A stretch of DNA of 64,000 bases from an uncultured Clostridia bacterium (GCA_947038565.1 CAMQWP010000004.1:9010-73009); one strand, 5' to 3'. Numbered from the stretch's first letter, positions 9,664-19,686 are shown. Translations and numbers: made by a program. The notes: generated from the sequence alone by a model not told the origin.

Positions 9664-12600
9664 ACTTTCAAGTCCTGTAATGCTATTGGAGTTAGATCTT
9701 TTGCTTCCATGTTTAGCTTCAGTGCCTCGCATAGTGCAGCAGCAGTGTCTATACTTGTAAGACAAGTTAAGCCTAGCTCTACAGCAGTTCTTCTGATCTT
9801 AAATCCGTCACGTGATGACTGACGACCCTTAGTAGGAGTATTGATGATTAGCTCTATAATTCCCTTTTTAGCAAGGTAAACTATATCTCCATTTCTCTTC
9901 TCTACAAGTTTGTTTACAGCCATTGCATACACATCGTTATCAGCAAGGAACTGAGCAGTTCCAACAGTTGCGAATATCTTAAATCCTAAGTCATTAAGAG
10001 TCTTAGCTACTGGAAGAATTTCGTTTTTGAATGAATCACTTACGCTTATTACTACGCCACTACCACTAGTTAGATTAATACCACTTGCGATAAGTCCCTT
10101 TAGCAATGCCTCTGGATACGTATCAGCAATACCTAATACCTCGCCAGTAGACTTCATCTCTGGGCTTGCAGATATCTCAAGGTCTGGTAATTTCTCACTA
10201 GAGAATACTGGTACCTTTACGCAGAAAACTTCAGATCTCTTATATAGACCTGTACCGTAACCTAAGTCACCAATCTTCTCACCTAGAGCACAACGAAGTG
10301 CAAGCTGAACCATTGGGATATCTGTTACTTTACTGATATAAGGTATAGTACGACTTGATCTAGGATTAACTTCTATAATGAATAACTTACCCTTAGATAT
10401 AATGTACTGAATATTGATAAGTCCCTTAGTTTTAAGTGCAACAGCAAGTCTATGCGTTACCTCAACTATTTCTTTAGTCATTTCTTCAGTTATATTAAGA
10501 GAAGGATATACACTTATACTATCTCCACTATGAACTCCAGCTCTCTCGATATGCTCCATAATTCCTGGTATCAAGATATTCTCGCCATCACTAATAGCAT
10601 CAACTTCTACTTCCATACCAGTTACATATTTATCAACTAGTATTGGGTGCTCTTGCTCTACAGAATTAATGATATTCATATATTCTACAAGGTCTGTCTC
10701 GTTATAAGCTATCTCCATACCTTGTCCACCTAGTACATAACTTGGTCTAACAACAACAGGGTAACCTAATTTCTCGCCGACAGCGATTGCTTCTAGTGCT
10801 GTGAATACTGTATCGCCTTGAGGTCTAGCTAAGTCAAGCTCAGTCAAGACAGCGTCAAATACTTCTCTATCTTCTGCAGCGTCTATGTCTTTAGGTTGAG
10901 TACCTATAATTCTATAGCCAGCATCACTTACTGCTTTAGTAAGTTTGATAGCAGTCTGTCCACCGAACTGTACTACTACGCCTACTGGTTTCTCAATCTC
11001 AAGGATATTTAATACTTCCTCTACAGTTAAAGGCTCGAAGTAAAGTCTATCAGCAGTATCAAAGTCAGTAGAAACAGTCTCTGGATTGTTATTAATAATA
11101 ACTGTTTTGTAACCAGCCTTTTGAAGTGCCCATGTACAGTGTACGCTACAATAATCGAACTCTACGCCCTGACCGATACGGATAGGACCACTACCTAGTA
11201 CGACAACTGTATTATTTGTTGCCTCTGGCTCTTCACGATTATCTTCGTACTTGCTGTAATAATAAGGACTTCCGTCTTTATGTCCACCACAAACAACGTC
11301 TATTAAACCGAAACTTGGGTGTATATCTAGCTTGTTACGTAGTACTCTAATTTCTTTCTCGTCTACATTAAGCATTTTAGCTATCTCTTTATCACAGATA
11401 CCGATAGTCTTAAGTCTAGTAAGGGTTTCTTTATCAAGTCCCTTCATTCCTATTGCAACTATCTCTAGCTCTGCATCAGTTATCATCTTCATTTGCTCTA
11501 AGAACCATGGAGTGATAGCAGTAATCTCATTAATTTTCTCAATAGAAACGCCTTGCTTCATTGCTTGCATTACTGCGAATATTCTCTCGTCATTCTTAAT
11601 GCCAACTTTAACTAGTAATTGCTCTACGCTGTCATCTTTATTCTTAGCTAAGCTAGAACCGAATACGCCTAGCTCTAGAGAACGGATAGCTTTTAGCATA
11701 GCACTTGAGAAATTATTACTAATACTCATTACCTCACCAGTTGCTTTCATACGAGTTCCCAAAAGCTTATTAGCTTGAGTGAACTTATCAAAAGGCCAAC
11801 GAGGGAATTTGCAAACTACGTACTCAACTACTGGCTCTAAGTGAGCGAATGTTGTACCAGTCTTTGCACTTACGATCTCATCAAGATTGTAACCGATAGC
11901 AACAAGTGCACTTACTCTAGCGATAGGATATCCAGTCGCTTTAGATGCTAGTGCTGATGAACGGCTTACGCGAGGATTAACCTCTATCAAGAAATACTCA
12001 TTTGTTACTGGGTGTAGAGCGTATTGGATATTACAACCACCCTCTATTCCTAATGCACCGATGATTTTAAGTGAAGAATCTTTAAGCATTTTTACTTGAT
12101 CAGCTCTTAAAGTCTGACAAGGTGCTACTACTATACTATCACCTGTATGAATACCGACTGGGTCAATATTTTCCATGTCGCATATGATGATAGCGTGTCC
12201 TGACTTATCACGCATTACTTCGAATTCTATTTCTTGGTAACCAGCAACGCTCTTCTCTACAAGAATTTGTCCAACTCTTGAAGCCTTAATACCGCTAGTA
12301 GCTATCTCGCGAAGCTCTTCTTCAGTCTCTGCGATACCACCACCAGTACCACCTAGTGTATATGCTGGACGGATAATGATAGGAAGACCATTCTCCTTAC
12401 CGAACTTCATAGCACCCTCTACATTGTTTACGATAACACTATCGATAACTGGCTCGTCAATGTCTATCATAGTCTGCTTGAACATCTCTCTGTCTTCGGC
12501 TTTCTTAATAGTTTCAACATTTGTTCCTAGAAGTCTAACGCCCTTTGATGCAAGGAAACCACTTTCCGCAAGTTGAACTGCAAGGTTAAGACCAGTTTGT

Positions 12601-12875
12601 CCACCTAGAGTAGGAAGAATACTGTCTGGCTTTTCTATCTCTATGATATTCTTTAGAACTTCTTCTTTTAGAGGCTCTAAGTAAACTCTATCCGCCATTT
12701 CTTTATCAGTCATGATTGTAGCTGGGTTACTATTTACTAGTACTACTTCGATACCATTTTCTTTTAAAGCACGACACGCCTGTGTTCCTGCATAATCAAA
12801 CTCTGCTGCTTGACCTATTACTATTGGACCACTACCGATAACTAAAACTTTCTTAATACTCATATCTCTTGACAT
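9660..12875 (-). CDS. carB: carbamoyl-phosphate synthase large subunit
   Basis: 1071 aa with duplicated ATP-grasp halves and an MGS-like C-terminus. GGAG lies 9 nt before the ATG. Confidence 0.95.
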   Translation of the reverse strand: MSRDMSIKKVLVIGSGPIVIGQAAEFDYAGTQACRALKENGIEVVLVNSNPATIMTDKEMADRVYLEPLKEEVLKNIIEIEKPDSILPTLGGQTGLNLAVQLAESGFLASKGVRLLGTNVETIKKAEDREMFKQTMIDIDEPVIDSVIVNNVEGAMKFGKENGLPIIIRPAYTLGGTGGGIAETEEELREIATSGIKASRVGQILVEKSVAGYQEIEFEVMRDKSGHAIIICDMENIDPVGIHTGDSIVVAPCQTLRADQVKMLKDSSLKIIGALGIEGGCNIQYALHPVTNEYFLIEVNPRVSRSSALASKATGYPIARVSALVAIGYNLDEIVSAKTGTTFAHLEPVVEYVVCKFPRWPFDKFTQANKLLGTRMKATGEVMSISNNFSSAMLKAIRSLELGVFGSSLAKNKDDSVEQLLVKVGIKNDERIFAVMQAMKQGVSIEKINEITAITPWFLEQMKMITDAELEIVAIGMKGLDKETLTRLKTIGICDKEIAKMLNVDEKEIRVLRNKLDIHPSFGLIDVVCGGHKDGSPYYYSKYEDNREEPEATNNTVVVLGSGPIRIGQGVEFDYCSVHCTWALQKAGYKTVIINNNPETVSTDFDTADRLYFEPLTVEEVLNILEIEKPVGVVVQFGGQTAIKLTKAVSDAGYRIIGTQPKDIDAAEDREVFDAVLTELDLARPQGDTVFTALEAIAVGEKLGYPVVVRPSYVLGGQGMEIAYNETDLVEYMNIINSVEQEHPILVDKYVTGMEVEVDAISDGENILIPGIMEHIERAGVHSGDSISVYPSLNITEEMTKEIVEVTHRLAVALKTKGLINIQYIISKGKLFIIEVNPRSSRTIPYISKVTDIPMVQLALRCALGEKIGDLGYGTGLYKRSEVFCVKVPVFSSEKLPDLEISASPEMKSTGEVLGIADTYPEALLKGLIASGINLTSGSGVVISVSDSFKNEILPVAKTLNDLGFKIFATVGTAQFLADNDVYAMAVNKLVEKRNGDIVYLAKKGIIELIINTPTKGRQSSRDGFKIRRTAVELGLTCLTSIDTAAALCEALKLNMEAKDLTPIALQDLKV

Positions 12876-13000
12876 ATAATCTATCTCCTTTTCCTGTTGT
12901 TTATTTATACTACTTATATGTCTTGCTTCGTCGGTGTAATGATTTCCACCAATCCCGCAAGACTATAATTGTTACTAATCTATTAACTCTCGACTCTTAA

Positions 13001-13906
13001 TTACTTTTTAATAGCACTATTCAAGTCATCACGCATGTCTAAACTTGCCTGATATGCTGCATCAGCATAATTTAGTCCTGCATACTTTTCATTTCTATAA
13101 GCACATAAGATACCTCTAGAACTATTTACGATACCACCGATACCGTCAGTAAAACATACTGCTAAGTCATCAGCTTTTCCGCCCTGAGCACCGTATCCCG
13201 GTATCAAGAAGAAAGTATGAGGAGCACGTTTTCTGATAATAGCCGCTTGATCTCTATGAGTAGCACCAACTACTGCACCTACGCTACTATATCCATACTT
13301 ACCTATTGTTGACTCGCCCCACTTAGACACTAAGTCACTCATCTCTTCGTATATAGTGTTTCCATTTTCCATTATCTTGTCTTGCAACTCGCCACTAGTA
13401 GGATTAGAAGTCTTAACTAATATGAAAAGTCCCTTCTCAAATTCCTCACAGTCTTTAGTGAATGGTAATATACCGTCACTACCTAAGTAGCCATTTACAG
13501 TAATGAACTCACTTTCAAAAGGAGTAAATACTTTACCTGCTACTTTAGTGCCTGATAAATATGCCTTACTGTAACAGCCTGCCGTAGATCCGATATCATT
13601 TCTCTTAACATCAGCTATTACTAACATGCCTTTTGATCTAGCGTATGCTATAGTATCAGCGAATGCTTTCATTCCCTCATGACCATACATCTCATAGTAA
13701 GCAACCTGAACTTTAACCGCTGGAACAATGTCGCAAATTTTATCAACGATATTCTTATTGAACTCGAAAATTTGTTCGCCTGCGTTTTTAGCGTTTTGCA
13801 CATTTGCTAGCATATCCTCTGGCAAATACTCTAAACAAGTATCTAGTCCGATTACTGATGGGTTATCAGTTCGCTTAATAGCGTCTATTAGCTTATCAAT
13901 TATCAT
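13001..13906 (-). CDS. pyrF: orotidine 5'-phosphate decarboxylase (long, type 2)
   Basis: 301 aa with D.KR.DIG..., an OMPdecase type-2 motif. RBS is GGAGGA. Confidence 0.9.
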   Translation of the reverse strand: MIIDKLIDAIKRTDNPSVIGLDTCLEYLPEDMLANVQNAKNAGEQIFEFNKNIVDKICDIVPAVKVQVAYYEMYGHEGMKAFADTIAYARSKGMLVIADVKRNDIGSTAGCYSKAYLSGTKVAGKVFTPFESEFITVNGYLGSDGILPFTKDCEEFEKGLFILVKTSNPTSGELQDKIMENGNTIYEEMSDLVSKWGESTIGKYGYSSVGAVVGATHRDQAAIIRKRAPHTFFLIPGYGAQGGKADDLAVCFTDGIGGIVNSSRGILCAYRNEKYAGLNYADAAYQASLDMRDDLNSAIKK

Positions 13907-13966
13907 ATTATCCTCCGATTATTAATTATACATACACACAGTTTGCGTGATTGCATGTTGACTATA

Positions 13967-15223
13967 TTATATTTTATATACAAGGCGACCATCTACTATA
14001 GTTGCCATTACCTTACCTGTTACATGTCTACCATTGAAAGGCGTATTCTTTCCTTTGCTATACCAATTTGAACTGTCTATAATATACTCGGCACTCTCAT
14101 CTACTATTACGAAGTCTGCAAGCCCGTCTTCTACTATCTCTCCACAAGGGATATCTAATATCTTAGCTACATTAGTAGTCATAAGTTCACTTAATCTATC
14201 AAGCGTCATTCTACCAGTTAGCACAAGCTCTGTGTAACACATACTAAATGCTGACTCCAAACCGCTGATACCGAATGGTGCAGTCGCGAATTCTTTACTC
14301 TTCTCACTCATTGAATGAGGAGCATGGTCTGTCGCTATACAGTCTATAGTACCATCTACTAAACCTTGTATTATCGCAAGCCTATCACTCTCTTCTCTTA
14401 GCGGCGGATTTACCTTCGCACTTGGATTGTAGTCTAGTATAAGCTCATCAGTACCACATATATAGTTAGGTCCAGTCTCTGCCGTTACTCTAATGCCCTT
14501 TGCCTTAGCCCAACGAATTAGGTCAACACCGTTAGCAGTAGATACATGTGCTATATGCACTCTAGTTTTAAGTGCATCAGCAAGAAGTATCTCTCTTGCT
14601 ATCATGCTCTCTTCAGCAACACGATTAATACCTTCTATACCAGCACGAGTAGCATTTGCACCTTCATTTACATAACCTTTTGCAAGCTCTTTATCTTCGC
14701 TATGGCTTATTACTAATAGTCCTAAGCCGTCTGCGTATTCCATAGCAAGTCGCATAAGTCCACTACTAGCAACAGGCATTCCATCATCACTTACAGCGAC
14801 GATACCTTCTTTTTGCATACTCGCCATCTCAGCAAGCTCAAGCCCTTTCATACCCTTAGATATACAACCTATCGGATACACCCTAGCAAGTTTGCACTCG
14901 CGAGCTTTATTCATAATGTAGTTTACTATATATTGATTATCAGTAACTGGATTAGTATTCGGCATAGGACAAACTGCACTATAACCGCCTGCAACAGCAC
15001 TTTCAAGACCGCTCTTGATATCTTCTTTATACTCATATCCTGGCTCACGAAGATGTACATGCATATCTATAAAAGCTGGCATAAGCACGCCACCCTTACC
15101 ATCAAAGCTAGGAGTATTGCTAGTATCTTCACTCTTATCGTAAGATATCTTAGACACTCTATTGCCAATAAGGTGTACATTCGCAACCTTTCCGCCTACT
15201 AGAACATTCTTTATAATAAACAT
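13967..15223 (-). CDS. pyrC: dihydroorotase
   Basis: 418 aa with DMHVHLREPG and TDHAPH metal-ligand motifs. Its start overlaps the pyrB stop (TAATG). Confidence 0.9.
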   Translation of the reverse strand: MFIIKNVLVGGKVANVHLIGNRVSKISYDKSEDTSNTPSFDGKGGVLMPAFIDMHVHLREPGYEYKEDIKSGLESAVAGGYSAVCPMPNTNPVTDNQYIVNYIMNKARECKLARVYPIGCISKGMKGLELAEMASMQKEGIVAVSDDGMPVASSGLMRLAMEYADGLGLLVISHSEDKELAKGYVNEGANATRAGIEGINRVAEESMIAREILLADALKTRVHIAHVSTANGVDLIRWAKAKGIRVTAETGPNYICGTDELILDYNPSAKVNPPLREESDRLAIIQGLVDGTIDCIATDHAPHSMSEKSKEFATAPFGISGLESAFSMCYTELVLTGRMTLDRLSELMTTNVAKILDIPCGEIVEDGLADFVIVDESAEYIIDSSNWYSKGKNTPFNGRHVTGKVMATIVDGRLVYKI

Positions 15224-16134
15224 TATTTCGCCTCCGACATTAGTTTTATAACAGCCATTCTGACCGCTAAACCGTTAGTTACTTGCTCAAATATCTTCGA
15301 ATTCGCACTATCAACCACTTCGCCCGATATCTCCACTCCACGATTAACAGGAGCTGGATGCATTATTATCGCGTTCGCATTTGCTAGCTTGACTCTATCT
15401 GCTGTGATACCAAATTCGCGATGATACTCTCTGACGCTTGGGAACTGTCCACTCTGCATTCTCTCTAGCTGTATCCTAAGACCCATGATTACATCAGAGC
15501 CTTTGATAGCTTCTTCTATACTCTCGCATACTGTTGCACCCATTTCCTCAATACCTGCAGGCATAAGAGTTTTTATTCCGAATACTTTTACAGTCGCACC
15601 CATTGTCGTAAGTCCTATTATGTTCGACCTAGCTACTCGGCTATATTTAATATCACCGATAATCGCAACAGTCAAACCTTCTAGCCTACCAAAATGTCTA
15701 CGCATTGTAAGCATATCTAAAAGACCTTGCGTTGGATGTTCATGTTGTCCATCACCAGCATTTATCACGTGTGAGTCTACATGCTTAGATAAATAATGTG
15801 CAGCACCCGCTATACTATGTCGCATTACAATGATATCATTTTTAATACACTGTAGTGTCATAGCAGTATCATACATACTCTCGCCTTTAGTCACACTAGA
15901 AGACGCAACGGATATATTAACTATATTAGCACCTACGAACTTGCTAGCATTCTCAAATGAAGTCCTAGTCCTAGTACTATTTTCAAAAAACAAATTAACA
16001 ACTGAAGAGCCACTAGCGTAATCATTATCAAACTCACCTTTATCAAGGTGGTCACGCATCATGTCTGCAGTGTCTAGTATCTCTACGATCTCATCACGGC
16101 TCATACCTTCTAGTCCTAGTAAATGTTTTCTCAT
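15223..16134 (-). CDS. pyrB: aspartate carbamoyltransferase catalytic subunit
   Basis: STRTR, HPTQ and HP.P motifs. Start set at ATG 16134 (MRKHLLGLEG), with GGAGGTAT upstream. The longer ORF-track start lies inside the leader terminator. Confidence 0.9.
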   Translation of the reverse strand: MRKHLLGLEGMSRDEIVEILDTADMMRDHLDKGEFDNDYASGSSVVNLFFENSTRTRTSFENASKFVGANIVNISVASSSVTKGESMYDTAMTLQCIKNDIIVMRHSIAGAAHYLSKHVDSHVINAGDGQHEHPTQGLLDMLTMRRHFGRLEGLTVAIIGDIKYSRVARSNIIGLTTMGATVKVFGIKTLMPAGIEEMGATVCESIEEAIKGSDVIMGLRIQLERMQSGQFPSVREYHREFGITADRVKLANANAIIMHPAPVNRGVEISGEVVDSANSKIFEQVTNGLAVRMAVIKLMSEAK

Positions 16135-16145
16135 TGTATACCTCC

Positions 16146-16180
16146 AAAAAAAAATGCTCGTATCCATATAGATACGAGCA
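16146..16180 (-). terminator. leader (attenuator) terminator immediately upstream of the pyrB RBS
   Basis: The minus strand reads TGCTCGTATC-tatatg-GATACGAGCA followed by TTTTTTTTT, then GGAGGTATACA-ATG. Confidence 0.7.
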
Positions 16181-16265
16181 AATAATTCATCATAATATAA
16201 TATGTACATAGTAGTATAGTAATGACTTGTATTAGCCTAGCTATATCAATGTATAATATTGTGTG

Positions 16266-16300
16266 AATCTTCGTGGTCTCTCGTACCTACATTAAAGATT
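16266..16300 (-). promoter_or_regulatory. 5'-proximal leader stem-loop with a GA-rich apical loop (candidate PyrR-type binding hairpin)
   Basis: The minus strand reads AATCTT-taatgtaGGT-ACGAGAG-ACC-acg-AAGATT. This gives a 6-bp basal stem, an internal loop, a 3-bp apical stem and an ACGAGAG loop. It only partly resembles the PyrR box (..UCCAGAGAGG..). Confidence 0.35.
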
Positions 16301-16311
16301 TATCTTAAGTA

Positions 16312-16340
16312 ATAATACCACATTACTGCGGATTTGTAAA
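16312..16340 (-). promoter_or_regulatory. sigma-A-type promoter of the pyr operon
   Basis: On the minus strand: TTTACA, 17 nt, TATTAT. Confidence 0.5.
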
Positions 16341-16462
16341 GTAATATTATAAAAAAAATAATATTTTACATTCTTGCCTGATTAATGTAAAATTCAAATA
16401 GCACAAAATCTAATTCCTCAAGCATAATCAAGTCATAAATCTGCATGATTGTACCGCTAACT

Positions 16463-16498
16463 AAAAAAATACATGCTGGCATAATTGCAAGCATGTAT
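16463..16498 (-). terminator. rho-independent terminator after asnS
   Basis: ATACATGC...GCATGTAT stem, with a T7 run on the minus strand. Confidence 0.7.
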
Positions 16499-16558
16499 TA
16501 TATTATAATATTGATATACATTATCTATATTAAAGCATATAGGATAATTAATGATTTC

Positions 16559-17950
16559 TTAAAATTCTGCATTTCCAGTAGTTCTGGCAAATGGAATTAC
16601 GTCACGGATATTGCTAACACCAGTCATGTACATAACTAATCTATCAAAACCAAGACCGAAACCAGCATGTTTTACGCCGCCAAATCTTCTAAGGTCTAAG
16701 TACCAAGAATAATCATCTTCACTAAGTCCTAACTCTTTAATCCTAGCAACAAGTAAATCAAGTCTTTCTTCTCTCTGGCTACCACCGATAAGCTCGCCAA
16801 CTCCTGGCACTAGCATATCTACAGCGGCAACAGTCTTACCGTCATCATTAAGTCTCATATAGAAAGCCTTTATATCTTTTGGATAGTCAGTAACGAATAC
16901 TGGACCATTAAAGATCTTCTCAGTAAGATATCGCTCATGCTCTGTCTGCAAGTCGATACCCCAAGCTACTGGATACTGGAATTTTTCACCGCATTTAGAA
17001 AGTAGCTCAACTGCTTCAGTATAAGTAACAGTCTTAAACTCGCTATCAACTAGCTTAGTAAGTTTTTCGATAACACCCTTTTCTACGAATGAGTTGCAAA
17101 ACTGCATCTCTTCTGAACATTTTTCTAAAACATCAGCCACTACATACTTGATCATGTCGCGAGATAAATTCATATCGTCTTGCAAATCAGCAAAAGCGAT
17201 CTCTGGCTCTATCATCCAAAACTCTGCCGCATGTCTACCAGTGTAGCTTTTCTCTGCACGGAAAGTAGGTCCGAAAGTATAAACATTACCTAAAGCCATA
17301 GCGAAACACTCAGCATTCAACTGACCACTTACAGTAAGACTTGTCTGCTTGCCGAAGAAATCTTCAGCATAGTTAACTTTGCCGTCCTCAGTCATAGGTA
17401 AATTATCCATGTCAAGAGTAGTTATCTTAAACATCTCACCTGCACCCTCGCAGTCATTACCAGTAACGATAGGAGTGTGAACATAAGCAAATCCGCGAGT
17501 AGCGAAAAAGCTGTGAATAGCTTGTGCTGCCACTGAACGAATGCGGAAAGTAGCCATGAATAAATTAGTCCTAGGTCTAAGATGACCTATTTCACGAAGA
17601 AACTCAACAGAATGACGTTTTTTCTGAAGTGGATAATCCGGAGTAGAAGTACCTTCTACAACGAAGCTAATTGCTCTTATCTCAAATGGCTGTTTCATAT
17701 CTGGAGTTACTATTACAGTACCTGTAATGCTAAGTCCAGCACCTACATTTTGACTAACTAAAAGATCATAACCTTCCATAGTGCTATCAGCAACTATTTG
17801 AGTATTTTTAAATCTTGAGCCATCATTTAGCTCGATAAAAGCGAAGTTTTTAGAATCTCTAATTGTTTTAACCCAACCACAAATTTCTACTGTTTGATTT
17901 GCTAAACTCTCGTAAGAGCTACCTAATTGTTTTAGTTCAATTCTTGCCAT
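16559..17950 (-). CDS. asnS: asparagine--tRNA ligase
   Basis: Class IIb aaRS with an N-terminal OB fold and motifs FRAE.S.T.RH..EF.M.E.E and GFGLGFDR. Start is ATG 17950 (MARIELK), with GAGGTG upstream. Confidence 0.92.
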   Translation of the reverse strand: MARIELKQLGSSYESLANQTVEICGWVKTIRDSKNFAFIELNDGSRFKNTQIVADSTMEGYDLLVSQNVGAGLSITGTVIVTPDMKQPFEIRAISFVVEGTSTPDYPLQKKRHSVEFLREIGHLRPRTNLFMATFRIRSVAAQAIHSFFATRGFAYVHTPIVTGNDCEGAGEMFKITTLDMDNLPMTEDGKVNYAEDFFGKQTSLTVSGQLNAECFAMALGNVYTFGPTFRAEKSYTGRHAAEFWMIEPEIAFADLQDDMNLSRDMIKYVVADVLEKCSEEMQFCNSFVEKGVIEKLTKLVDSEFKTVTYTEAVELLSKCGEKFQYPVAWGIDLQTEHERYLTEKIFNGPVFVTDYPKDIKAFYMRLNDDGKTVAAVDMLVPGVGELIGGSQREERLDLLVARIKELGLSEDDYSWYLDLRRFGGVKHAGFGLGFDRLVMYMTGVSNIRDVIPFARTTGNAEF

Positions 17951-18092
17951 AAAACACCTCAACTTTATTTAATGATATTAAGTATAACATATAAGGAATA
18001 TAAAGTAAAGTATTATTAATATATTAAATACCTTATACACTCCTTATTATAGCTTAAAGTTTTACAATTATGATATATATGCGATTGAGCAT

Positions 18093-18127
18093 AAAAAAAG
18101 TGACAGCGAAATAAATCCACTGCCACT
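18093..18127 (-). terminator. rho-independent terminator after the 177-aa membrane-protein gene
   Basis: AGTGGCAG...CTGTCACT stem (one G-U pair), followed by T7 on the minus strand. Confidence 0.6.
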
Positions 18128-18152
18128 TTATAATCCTGTCTTAAAAAACTGA

Positions 18153-18686
18153 TTAGCGTTTCTTTTTGTAAATCATAGCTCCCGCTAGACTAATAGCTGA
18201 GCCTATTGCAAGCATAAATGAGCCCGCATGCATGCTGACTGATACTATAGTTTGACCTAGCACCTCAGCAGTGTTTTTACTCTGGATAACACCAGTGCAT
18301 ATTATTGCAACCGCACCCGCGATTACAGCGATGATGCTTAGTACTCTAAGTATTAATTTTCCTGCTGGAACTTTTACAAAAATCCCTAAGATACTTAATA
18401 TAAATATTATTGAACCTAATGCAATACCCGCAAGCACTGACAATTGTAACATTGTAAGAGCAGAAGGAACGCTAGAAGTTATTAGGTCAATCCAAATTTT
18501 GTTGCCTAAACTCTGAAAGCTGTCAGACCCACCAAAAAGTAGTGATGTTAGATCCATACCGCTAAGTGTTTGACCGCTCGCTTTACCTGCAAGGAACGGA
18601 ATGAAGAATGATATTATCATTACAAGTGCACCAACTGCAGCGACGATTGCGCCTATGTTGATTTTTTTCTTTTTCAATTTTGCCAT
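18153..18686 (-). CDS. hypothetical polytopic membrane protein
   Basis: 177 aa with about 4 hydrophobic segments and Lys-rich termini. I recognise no family. Confidence 0.55.
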   Translation of the reverse strand: MAKLKKKKINIGAIVAAVGALVMIISFFIPFLAGKASGQTLSGMDLTSLLFGGSDSFQSLGNKIWIDLITSSVPSALTMLQLSVLAGIALGSIIFILSILGIFVKVPAGKLILRVLSIIAVIAGAVAIICTGVIQSKNTAEVLGQTIVSVSMHAGSFMLAIGSAISLAGAMIYKKKR

Positions 18687-18761
18687 TTTTTGAATCCCCC
18701 AATGATGATTGTATTTTTATTATACTAGTGTTAAGACTAGGATTATGCACAATATCTTTTA

Positions 18762-19262
18762 TTACTTAATTATTTCAATGTTCTTAATGATGATAGGTAC
18801 TACTGGCACATCATCATGATATCCACGTCTACCAGTTGCTATTGAGCTCATATCTAATACTACAGCCAGACTTGCTTCATCAGCAACTTCGCCGAAAGCA
18901 GCATAAGAGCCGTCAAGGTGTGGAGTATTTGTACTACAAATAAAGAACTGTGAAGAAGCACTATCGTTGACATTTGTACGAGCCATGCTTAATGTACCAG
19001 TCTTGTGAGTACGAGTATTATTAACACCATTAGCTTTGAACTCGCCTTTGATAGTCTTAGTCTCGCGTTTTTCTTTCATATTAACATCCATACCACCAGC
19101 TTGTACCATAAAATTAGGTATAACTCTGTGGAAAATTAATCCGTTGTAGTAGTTTGCTTCAGCAAGTGCTATAAAGTTAGCTGCTGATATTGGAGCGCAC
19201 TCAGAATCAATTGATACTGCTATGCTTTTGCCATTTTCTAAATTAATAATTGCTTTAGTCAT
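18762..19262 (-). CDS. peptidyl-prolyl cis-trans isomerase, cyclophilin type
   Basis: FHRVI.NFM.QGG, SMA and GSQFFI-like motifs (SSQFFIC). Confidence 0.9.
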   Translation of the reverse strand: MTKAIINLENGKSIAVSIDSECAPISAANFIALAEANYYNGLIFHRVIPNFMVQAGGMDVNMKEKRETKTIKGEFKANGVNNTRTHKTGTLSMARTNVNDSASSQFFICSTNTPHLDGSYAAFGEVADEASLAVVLDMSSIATGRRGYHDDVPVVPIIIKNIEIIK

Positions 19263-19333
19263 TTTTGTTTCCTTCCTTTATATTAATTATTTTATTATGT
19301 CATATTCATTTCATCATATGTAGTTGGTTCGAA

Positions 19334-19621
19334 TTAGAACTCGTAATCAACCGCATGGGAACACTCGACCCTTGGCTTAACGTATTCTTTTACAGGAATG
19401 TGAACAGGATGAGTTTGATAGTTTTCAAGATCTTCTCTTGTATTAAAAGTACACTCTAGCACGACATCAAAACTTCTTCCTTCCTTTAAAAAATCCACTC
19501 CCGCTGATAAATTCACCATGTAATTTATCTTACCTTTCATAGCTAAAAAAACGTCACGCATATCGCACGCGTTGGCTTCAGTTCTTTCTTTCAATCTAAA
19601 CATTACTATATGCTTTACCAT
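19334..19621 (-). CDS. Dabb (stress-responsive alpha/beta-barrel) family protein
   Basis: MVKHIVMFRLKE...HP.H is a typical Dabb pattern. ATG 19621 has AAGGAG 8 nt upstream, so the GTG at 19627 is less likely. Confidence 0.75.
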   Translation of the reverse strand: MVKHIVMFRLKERTEANACDMRDVFLAMKGKINYMVNLSAGVDFLKEGRSFDVVLECTFNTREDLENYQTHPVHIPVKEYVKPRVECSHAVDYEF

Positions 19622-19686
19622 TCTCACTACTCCTTTGTTGTATATAAAAAATACATAGTACGTAACTTTATAATTACCAAAAGTTA

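Noticed and set aside
8890-9765. N-terminally extended ORF-track models: pyrK 291 aa, pyrB 328 aa, spoIIR 198 aa, asnS 467 aa, nadA 320 aa, lacZ 1017 aa and others.
   Set aside because: The extensions run into the upstream gene or into leader or terminator sequence, and they lack an RBS. In each case an internal ATG with a GGAGG-like RBS gives the family-typical N-terminus.
17951-18152. Possible T-box leader upstream of asnS.
   Set aside because: Only about 200 nt is available. Much of it is taken up by the terminator of the upstream gene and an AT-rich promoter. There is no T-box motif (AGGGTGGNACCGCG-like) and no terminator/antiterminator pair before the asnS RBS.
19326-19334. GGTTCGAAT, resembling a tRNA T-loop.
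   Set aside because: The flanking sequence cannot form a T-arm, an acceptor stem or an anticodon arm. It sits at the 3' end of the Dabb gene.
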